Shown: one piece after another, positions 54,454 through 64,000 of the stretch
How positions within the stretch are numbered: position 1 is the stretch's first letter
How the letters are laid out: the number at the start of each line of letters is the position of its first letter
Source: Haliotis rubra
Taxonomy: Eukaryota
Direction: 5' to 3'
DNA: 64,000 nucleotides
Assembly (NCBI RefSeq): GCF_003918875.1
Contig: NW_025767289.1
Location: 558,001-622,000 of the forward strand
Made by a program: the position numbers and the translations under genes
The notes under the pieces: generated by a model
The model's input: only the letters and a program-made list of their open reading frames with translations
Told to the model about the DNA's origin: nothing
The model's database searches: none

Positions 54454-57397
54454 TCAGAAGCCATCGTCCGAATCTTCCCTGAGATCCAGAATAGCACACA
54501 GTGACTCCGTGTCTCTCGGTCTCCCAGTTAGTGCCATGTCAGAACCGCTGCACTCACTCACCGGCAGTTGCGACTCTGTTGACGCTACAATCACCACTGT
54601 CTTGTCCGTGGGTAGTTGTGGAACGTCGTCTGGGCTGGCATCGCCCATTTCAGGTGAACTAGTCATGCTAGCACGTGCAGAATCAGACCCAGAAATATCG
54701 TCTAAAGTAGGTTTTGTTTGGCCTGAATTGTCAAAAGTAGTTTTAGCATGATCACTTCCGGTAATGGTGCCGTTGCTACTTCCTGTGTCAGAGGTGCTCT
54801 CGGAATGTCTATCGTCTGCAAGGTATGTTGAGTTAGGCCGCAGTCGGACCCGCGGCAAGCCGAAACTTATGAACGTGGATGCTTGCAGATGAAACCCATA
54901 ATTACCGGTGACATAATCATGTACTGCACGCTGGAGAGCAAAGTCCGACGCCTCTTTGGTGATGACGAAATCCGGTTCTACTAGATTCTTCATGACAGTC
55001 TGATGCTTCTGTAGATGACGCACCGAGCCGGGGTAGCTGAAGATGCGGTGGCGCTTCTCTATCAGGTCAACCATTGTGTCATTCATCTGGGTTCTCCAGT
55101 TCGTCCACTCATGCAGGCCCGGCAGGAACGACTTGGAGAAGCCTTCAAAAACGTCATCGCTGTTCGTACTTGACCCATCCTCGCTGAAAATGTTACAAAG
55201 TGACGAATTACATTAAATTTACAGGTGGGCACATTGTGAATATAACCCACGTTGAAATATCTATTTGGGCAAAGTGATAAACGAAGCTGTTCCCGTCAGA
55301 TTCAGCTGCCTGAGGTTTATGCTGGTTCTAGTCACTTGACCCATCTCTCTTATATTGTAAGAAACAGGGATAATCTACAACATATAGTCTATATAGTCTC
55401 CCTGTAAGAACAAACCCCGCGAGGGGTGTTGCTGTTCCAGCTTTAGGAAAGAGGAAGTTTACTTTGAGATTCTAAAACACTTATTACCCATTGAATAAGA
55501 AATACATGTACTGTTGTTTTTGGCGAGAGTTGGACAACTCAAGTTAAGGGGTCGGAGGTCATGCTGGCTGGCCATATCCTTCAAGGAACCGGAATTAATA
55601 ATCTGAGTAGGTCGCCAGTGACCTTCGCTTGTTGTACTGAGGTGATCAAATCCCAGTGCCCAGGGCCCCATTTCACAAAACGATCGTAGTGCTAAGGTGA
55701 TCGTAACTCCCATACTTGAACATGACTTACGGCAGGCGTAGCGCTAAGATGATCGTAACTCCCATACTTGAACATGACTTACGGCAGTCGTAGCGCTAAG
55801 GTGATCGTAACTGCCATACTTGAACATGACTTACGGCAGTCGTAGCGCTAAGGTGATCGTAACTGCCATACTTGAACATGACTTACGGCAGTCGTAGCGC
55901 TAAGGTGATCGTAACTCCCATACTTGAACATAGACTTACGGCAGTCGTAACGCTAAGGTGATCGTAACTGCCATACTTGAACATGACTTACGGCAGTCGT
56001 AGCGCTAAGGTGGTCGTAACTCCCATACTTGAACATGACTAACGGCAGTCGTAGCGCTCAGGTGATCGTAACTCCCACACTTGAACATAGACTTACGGCA
56101 GTCGTAACGCTAAGGTGATCGTAACTCCCATACTTGAACATGACGTACGGCAGTCGTAGCGCTAAGATGATCGTAACTCCTATACTTGAACATGACTTAC
56201 GGCAGTCGTAGCGCTAAGATGATCGTAACTCCCATACTTGAACATGACTTACGGCAGTCGTAGCGCTAAGGTGATCGTAACTCCCATACTTGAACATGAC
56301 TTACGGCAGTCGTAGCGCTAAGGTGGTCGTAACTCCCATACTTGAACATGACTAACGGCAGTCGTAGCGCTCAGGTGATCGTAACTCCCACACTTGAACA
56401 TAGACTTACGGCAGTCGTAACGCTAAGGTGATCGTAACTCCCATACTTGAACATGACGTACGGCAGTCGTAGCGCTAAGGTGATCGTAACTCCCATACTT
56501 GAACATGACTTACGGCAGTCGTAGCGCTAAGATGATCGTAACTGCCATACTTGAACATGACTTACGGCAGTCGTAGCGCTAAGGTGATCGTAACTGCCAT
56601 ACTTGAACATGACTTACGGCAGTCGTAGCGCTAAGGTGATCGTAACTCCCATACTTGAACATAGACTTACGGCAGTCGTAACGCTAAGGTGATCGTAACT
56701 CCCATACTTGAACATGACTTACGGCAGTCGTAGCGCAACGATCGCTTTGTCAAACGGGCCCCCGGCTCTGTTACTTACGGGACTTCAAACATGGTATCCT
56801 GGCGGCATGTTTCGTAGCTAGTTATACCTATCTATAAACATGTACATATGTCCAGTTTAGATTCGATTGTGTGCAGTAGACAATAGTGTAAAATACCAAC
56901 GATGTTGCCTGTACTTACAGCCAATGCTCCACATTTTTCCTAGTTTTGAGGATACTGCGGGGTATTGTGCCTTCACAAGATGTCCTCCTGAAAATAAAAA
57001 CAACGTACAGGGGCTTTGAATGGTCATCTCCTCGTGGTTCACAATTTGCACGTATATGTTAATGCGTGGCGCACACTTTGTATGCTTGCTGGGAGTGCAA
57101 TACACCCGAGGCTTTTGAATGTGGATAACACACGATGATTGCTTAGGTGTTCACAGAAATACTTCCGCGATGTCATGGCTTGCTGAATATCGACGTCTAC
57201 CCGCGGTGGGTATGCTGCAAATAGGAAAAGCGCAAGTAAACCTACATGGAACGCTCAAGTATTGTGGACGTATGCAGAACGTACCTTGACGACAGTGAGG
57301 ACGACCGGTCAGTGAAGGGCTGAGCTATGTCCAGTGTAACAGCATCCATTTCAGTGTCGGAAAACCGGACCTCATTCCTGAAGCTGATAGTAGACAT
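54454..57397 (-). CDS. Uncharacterised protein, about 303 aa (316 aa with optional micro-exon). Exons 57397-57285, 56987-56919, (56817-56779), 55183-54454
   Basis: GT-AG junctions with consistent phase 2 give MSTISFRNEVRFSD...SSR|RTSCEGTIPRSILKTRKNVEHWL|EDGSSTNSDDVFEG...KRHRIFSYPGS..., ending in an acidic Ser-rich C-terminus. Confidence 0.75.
55660..56765. mobile_element. Harbinger-like MITE expanded by an internal 52-bp x about 20 tandem array (intronic)
   Basis: Imperfect TIRs ccagggccccatttcacaaaacgatcgt / acgatcgctttgtcaaacgggcccccgg enclose gatcgtaactcccatacttgaacatgacttacggcagtcgtagcgctaaggt repeats. Confidence 0.85.
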
Positions 57398-58382
57398 TAT
57401 ATTTATAGTCCAATAGTGTGCTGTCGTGAAGCGCTGCCGTCTTCTTGGAGGTGATCCCCACACTAATCGCCCGTCAGACAACCAGTTGAAGGAAGAACTG
57501 CTCACATTCCCCGGGAGTTTAATGAATTACCTGGCGTCTATTATAGAATGCATGTGACCTTTCACAAGTTATCTGTACAATGGACTCAAACAATGGACCT
57601 ACTGAGGCGTGTCGGAGAGAAGTGACCGACAATTCCGTGCCTGCAGCTTCTGTGTTGATAACGAGTCTGTTAAATCCCCTGAGTGACAAAAGCTGCTTGA
57701 TCCAGCTGCACCTGACACCGCGACTTGTATTGTAACATCTTGTGAGCCGCGATCGATGGAGTAATTAAAATACCATCCGACCTGCGAATCAATTTTATGT
57801 ATTTGAGAGAAATAAATACAAAATCAGAGAGATTTGGTCATTACAGACAGACAAACAAACAGACAGACAGAGAGAGAGAGAGAGAGGCAATTGCCACCGC
57901 AGTTCTTTTTACTATAATGGTGAGGACAATTGTCACCCAGAATGTGTATGTAATGTGTTGTGTGTACATGAACAATGTAACTGGGCATTTATTTGCTAGT
58001 GCTGTACGTGAGGAGATGATTAGTGCAATGTTAATAGTATTATGGACGTTATTAATAGTACACGCATCATATGCAACTCTATTTAATACAATACTATTGT
58101 GGTTGGACTTAAATTCTAGATTGAAGTTGATGTACAAGATATGTCAAGTGTTGCTGTTGGTCATATGGAAGAATGTTATTATTTGTTATGGATTACCATG
58201 TCAAACTCAATAAAAGTTGATAAAGAAACTGAATTATTTTTTATGTTTTCGGTGGCAATTGTCCAGGTAGCAATTGTGCTTGGCGGCAATTGTCCTAGAC
58301 CAGTGTGTGTGCTTACACTTGACACATTTCTTCAGAGTACACAAGCGATATTAACTTTACATTTTACATTACTGAGTTGCGC

Positions 58383-59001
58383 CCGAGCTTCACGTTTCTC
58401 GTCTATCGACAGTTGTATATACATAATGGCCCCAGCTTCACGTTTCTCGTCTATCGACAGTTGTATATACATAATGGCCCCAGCTTCACGTTTCTCGTCT
58501 ATCGACAGTTGTATATACATAATGGCCCCAGCTTCACGTTTCTCGTCTATCGACAGTTGTATATACATAATGGCCCCAGCTTCACGTTTCTCGTCTATCG
58601 ACAGTTGCATATACATAATGGCCCCAGCTTCACGTTTCTCGTCTATCGACAGTTGTATATACATAATGGCCCCAGCTTCACGTTTCTCGTCTATCGACAG
58701 TTGTATATACATAATGGCCCCAGCTTCACGTTTCCCAGATATCGACAGTTGTGTATACATAATGGCCCCAGCTTCACGTTTCTCGTCTATCGACAGTTAT
58801 ATATACATAATGACCCCAGCTTCACGTTTCACGGCTATCGACAGTTGTATATACATAATGGCCCCAGCTTCACGTTTCCCAGATATCGACAGTTGTGTAT
58901 ACATAATGGCCCCAGCTTCACGTTTCACGGCTATCGACAGTTGTATATACATAATGGCCCCAGCTTCACGTTTCCCAGATATCGACAGTTGTATATACAT
59001 A
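58383..59001. repeat. Minisatellite, 48-bp unit, about 13 copies
   Basis: cccagcttcacgtttctcgtctatcgacagttgtatatacataatggc repeated. Confidence 0.97.
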
Positions 59002-59206
59002 AGTGCTTCGCGAGCCTAAGAAGTGTGACAATAATTGAGAGTGGTGACATCCGGTGGTGAGCTATCCCCATGGTACAGCATATGTACGAGAGGCCATACT
59101 CCTTTACTATCTACATGAACACCGCCTGATGTTAGTAGGCGTGTTCTTGTGGTAAAGACACATTTTGCATTCATTTGCAATATGATTTCACGATAACATA
59201 GTCACA

Positions 59207-62200
59207 ATGTCGCCTTGGTCCAAATTACATATTGCGTTTTTCTTCTCGCTGTCTCTAGCCATTGCAAGAGCTGGTAAGTACAGTCTTTTATACGTCAGTC
59301 AATGTTTCAAATGAACAGTTCCTATATATCACCGGAATAGGCGTACTGTGTTGGAATACTAAATTACGGTTGCTTGCCTATCCTATTGTCGAGATGCCAC
59401 ATCTGTAGGCAGGTGTTTGGTCAAGTGAGGGCAGGTTTCTCTGTGACGGGGAACGATGTGCCTTCACTATACTGTAGTGTGTTTACATCTGTAGGCAGGT
59501 GTTCGGAGGGCAGGTTTCTCTGTGACGGGGAGCGATGTGAGCCTACACTACTGTAGTGTGTTTACATCTGTAGGCAGGTGTTCGGAGGGCAGGTTTCTCT
59601 GTGACGGGGAGCGATGTGAGCCTACACTACTGTAGTGTGTTTACATCTGTAGGCAGGTGTTCGGAGGGCAGGTTTCTCTGTGACGGGGAGCGATGTGAGC
59701 CTACACTACTGTAGTGTGTTTACATCTGTAGGCAGGTGCTCGGAGGGCAGGTTTCTCTGTGACGGGGAGCGATGTGAGCCTACACTACTGTAGTGTGTTT
59801 ACATCTGTAGGCAGGTGTTCGGAGGGCAGGTTTCTCTGTGACGGGGAACGATGTGTGCCAACCAGATGGAAATGTGATAACATCTTTGACTGCCGGGATC
59901 ACTCAGATGAAGAAAGCTGTGGTACGTGTGATATGTGATAAGGTTTATGAATAAACAAAATTTCCAAGGGCTTACCGTGTACCTGCCTCTTCATTGATAT
60001 TTTGAAGTTTAATGATTCGCACACAAAATATACATAAACGCTTGTTAGCAAATGATTTATCGAAAGCGGCACATCTTCATAGCCATGTCCCCAGCTGGAG
60101 GTGTGTGAATAATACTGACATCGGATACTAAATCTCTAGACATCAACACGTGCGGAACACATTACTTCCGGTGTTGGAATGGTCAGTGTGTGACCAAGAC
60201 GTGGCGATGTGACGGTCAGTATGACTGTACTGATGGAAGTGACGAGACAGTGTGTAATCCTACTGCGACCGTGACATCTGCCTCTACATCTCTGACCTCT
60301 CTGCAGTCAGCCTCAACGACGACAGCGGCGACGTCGACGACAACTGAAAGCCCCACTGGTAATATGCCACTATACTATCTCTTATGATTGTTCTGTAACA
60401 ACCATTTACAGCCTATCCTGGTAATAACCCCACCATTTGTCCTAGAGGATTTATATCGTTATAACATGGGATGGACGACTGCATATTCAATAATTTCCCA
60501 CACCTAATGCTACACACTTCCTCTTAATCCTGTAATACTATATCTGTGTCAAAGTGAACATATTGACCAAAGTACTTGTTTGTATGTTGGGGGCAACGAA
60601 TGAATTGAATACAAGAACGTTTCCCCTAAATAGTGATGAGTGGGACAGTACGTTGCGTTGTCATTGGAAAGAAGCCGGTTTTGTAAGATGAGAGCACGTA
60701 TTGTGGATGTTGTGATGTTCATGTTTACACCAGGTGTTCCGGGTGAATTCCTAATGACACAAAATGTGTTCTTATGACAGGATGGGAGACGCCGCGTGTT
60801 GTCATCGCCACGAACAAGAAGCTGTACAGTGTAACGATCTCGGCGGCCGCGCCTCCTGTTCAGGAGATTGGGGTCTTTCCTAGCCTGATTGGCGAGCTTC
60901 AGGGCTTCGACTTGAACGTCAGACAACGTCAGCTATGCTGGACGGATTCGAAGCGCACGGATGTTATTTGGTAGGAACCCAAATGTTTGGTAAAACTTAT
61001 AACGTTAATGTTGTATCGATTCAGAGGATGCATCAACCGAATATGGTTACCGTGACAAGGCATACGTGTTGCCTTGATGTAGATAACAAGAGAGAGCCTG
61101 ACATTTAAACATCCATTGTGTGCTCTTCACATTTAAATATCCATTGTGTGCTCTTCACATTTAAACAGCCATTGCACATGTGCGCTCTTCACATTTAAAC
61201 AGCCATTGTGTGCTCTTCACATTTAAACAGCCATTGTGTGCTCTTCACATTTAAACAGCCATTGTGTGCTCTTCACATTTAAACAGTCATTGTGTGCTCT
61301 TCACATTTAAACAGCCATTGTGTGCTCTTTACATTTAAACAGCCATTGTGTGCTCTTCACATTTAAACAACAGTCATTGTGTGCTCTTCACATTTAAACA
61401 GCCATTGTGTGCTCTTTACTTTTAAACATCCACTGTGTGCTCTTCACATTTAAACAGCCATTGTGTGCACTTCACATTTAAACAGCCATTGTGTGCTCTT
61501 CACATTTAAACATCCACTGTGCGCTCTTCACATTTAAACAGCCATTGTGTGCTCTTCACATTTAAACAGTCATTGTGCGCTCTTCACATTTAAACAGCCA
61601 TTGTGTGCTCTTCACATTTAAACAGCCATTGCACATGTGCGCTCTTCACATTTAAACAGCCATTGTGTGCTCTTCACATTTAAACAGCCATTGTGTGCTC
61701 TTCACATTTAAACAGCCATTGTGTGCTCTTCACATTTAAACAGTCATTGTGTGCTCTTCACATTTAAACAGCCATTGTGTGCTCTTTACATTTAAACAGC
61801 CATTGTGTGCTCTTCACATTTAAACAGTCATTGTGTGCTCTTCACATTTAAACAGCCATTGTGTGCTCTTTACTTTTAAACATCCACTGTGTGCTCTTCA
61901 CATTTAAACAGCCATTGTGTGCACTTCACATTTAAACAGCCATTGTGTGCTCTTTACTTTTAAACATCCACTGTGTGCTCTTCACATTTAAACAGCCATT
62001 GTGTGCACTTCACATTTAAACAGCCATTGTGTGCTCTTCACATTTAAACATCCACTGTGCGCTCTTCACATTTAAACAGCCATTGTGTGCTCTTCACATT
62101 TAAACAGTCATTGTGCGCTCTTCACATTTAAACAGCCATTGTGTGCTCTTCACATTTAAACAGCCATTGCACATGTGCGCTCTTCACATTTAAACAGCCA

Positions 62201-63512
62201 TTGTGTGCTCTTCACATTTAAACAGCCATTGTGTGCTCTTCACATTTAAACAGCCATTGTGTGCTCTTCACATTTAAACAGTCATTGTGTGCTCTTCACA
62301 TTTAAACAGCCATTGTGTGCTCTTTACATTTAAACAGCCATTGTGTGCTCTTCACATTTAAACAGTCATTGTGTGCTCTTCACATTTAAACAGCCATTGT
62401 GTGCTCTTTACTTTTAAACATCCACTGTGTGCTCTTCACATTTAAACAGCCATTGTGTGCACTTCACATTTAAACAGCCATTGTGTGCTCTTCACATTTA
62501 AACATCCACTGTGCGCTCTTCACATTTAAACAGCCATTGTGTGCTCTTCACATTTAAACATCCACTGTGTGCTCTTCACATTTAAACAGTCATTGTGTGC
62601 TCTTCACATTTAAACAGCCATTGTGTACATGTGCGCTCTTCGGCATTAACAAGTATCATGTTCTCAACAAATGCCGAAGCATCCAAACTGTGCGCAGTGC
62701 ATGAACATACACGTGCGAATTGACAACCACGACCTTCAGCGTTGTGTATAAGAAGATACGGGGTTTTTACATTTCAGAATATAAGTATTGTCATTGAAAT
62801 GTATATGAACCACAGTTGCATGTTACTGTTAGCACATATACTCTGTACGTAATAAAGTGAACGGCTTTCAGGACATTTTGTTGCTATGATACCTGGTATG
62901 CAACAGGAATGCATGTATTCCATGCATCTGTAACATAAAGTTTAATTTGACCCGTAACTTAACGTATTACGTTTTGTGCAATAGTACTCGTTGTAACATC
63001 TGTAACATAAAATGTTGTATCCTTTGTAACATTACGTGTTGCATTTTTGGCAACAGAACGGTATCAGGATGACATAAAATGTTGTATCTTTTATAACATA
63101 GAGTTATATCATATGTAATATTACCTGTGTCGTCTATAACTTAACATGTTATATCATATGTACCACAGCGTGATTTATAAGCTGTAACATGTTGTATCTT
63201 CTGTAAAATGTAGTTGTATATTCTGTAACTTAATGTGTTTTATATTCTGTAACATGACGTATTCCCATGCAGTGGGAGACTAGATGGGAACCTAACACTA
63301 GCCACCTATAAGATGATCGACTCCACCCCACATGGCGTGAGCCTACCCGCGGGCCTCGCCTATGACTACATCAATGACCACGTGTACTGGACTGAGACCA
63401 TCAGGGGCATGCTGTGCCTGGGACAACCAGAGGGGTCATTCTTTGGGAAGAAAACTCTCTTCGGGCCTGGCCTAGCGGAGCCCAGCCTCTTGGTGATAGA
63501 GCCAAGCAGTGG
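59207..63512 (+). CDS. LDL-receptor-family (LRP-like) protein, 5' partial. Exons 59207-59273, 59811-59921, 60140-60358, 60781-60970, 63273-63512
   Basis: Signal peptide [22 protein letters not shown]; LDLa [35 protein letters not shown]; LDLa [35 protein letters not shown]; S/T tract; propeller repeats LCWTD and [17 protein letters not shown]. All junctions are GT-AG and in phase. Confidence 0.92.
59399..59855. repeat. 79-bp tandem repeat spanning the intron 1/exon 2 boundary (6 copies)
   Basis: Acceptor catctgtag|gcagg ends at 59408, 59494, 59573, 59652, 59731 and 59810. Confidence 0.97.
61101..62640. repeat. Intronic minisatellite, 28-bp unit, about 55 copies, with higher-order structure
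   Basis: cacatttaaacagccattgtgtgctctt repeated. Confidence 0.98.
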
Positions 63513-63600
63513 GTACGACATACTTTATCATAGGGCATCTTAGCACACATTACATGCTTAGTGAAAAACTGTATTGGAGGCAATGCTTTCAGAATATATA

Positions 63601-63935
63601 ATCTACTTGTTATAGACGATATTATAGTGTGAATTGTCACAACACATCTACTTGTTATAGACGATATTATAGTGTGAATTGTCACAACACATCTACTTGT
63701 TATAGACGATATTATAGTGTGAATTGTCACAACACATCTACTTGTTATAGACGATATTATAGTGTGAATTGTCACAACACATCTATTTGTTATAGACGAT
63801 ATTATAGTGTGAATTGTCACAACACATCTACTTGTTATAGATGATATTATAGTGTGAATTATCACAACACATCTACTTGTTATAGACGATATCATAGTGT
63901 GAATTGTCACAACACATCTACTTGTTATAGACGAA
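63601..63935. repeat. Intronic minisatellite, 45-bp unit, about 7.5 copies
   Basis: atctacttgttatagacgatattatagtgtgaattgtcacaacac repeated. Confidence 0.97.
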
Positions 63936-64000
63936 GTAGTATACACAATGGGGCTACGGGACCAGGTCCCTCCCAAGAGCTCAATTTAAATTATTATTAT

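Noticed and set aside
58141-59060. 292-aa and 227-aa repeat ORFs
   Set aside because: 48-bp minisatellite, open in multiple frames.
29525-63935. CRISPR-like arrays
   Set aside because: All arrays are head-to-tail with no unique spacers. There are no cas genes and the context is eukaryotic.

Overview
Eukaryotic (animal) genomic DNA, repeat-rich and gene-poor. The SINE families with (TCAC)n tails suggest a mollusc, probably abalone (Haliotis); this is an inference from recall, not a search. About a third of the window is tandem arrays: one 1.5-kb x7 array plus about 14 minisatellites with units of 28-79 bp. Most of the rest is nested, decayed transposons: L2/CR1-type LINEs, a Penelope-like element, piggyBac, Tc1, hAT- and Harbinger-like MITEs, and two SINE families. 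Three host genes are supported. The first is an uncharacterised 313-aa minus-strand ORF (31996-32937). The second is an uncharacterised spliced minus-strand gene (54454-57397). The third is the 5' part of an LDL-receptor-family gene (signal peptide, 2x LDLa, S/T-rich linker, YWTD propeller; 59207 onward). Most notable: (i) a 79-bp repeat that has multiplied the 3' splice site of the LDLR-like gene's exon 2, leaving five upstream stop-containing decoy acceptors; (ii) a covarying pseudoknot/hairpin at the head of a non-tRNA SINE (ribozyme-like candidate); (iii) a piggyBac relic that splits a tRNA-SINE with no TTAA and no target-site duplication; (iv) hammerhead-like, HDV-like and 2A-like motifs in retroelement relics. 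There is no CRISPR array or prokaryotic system. The long ORFs inside minisatellites are artefacts.
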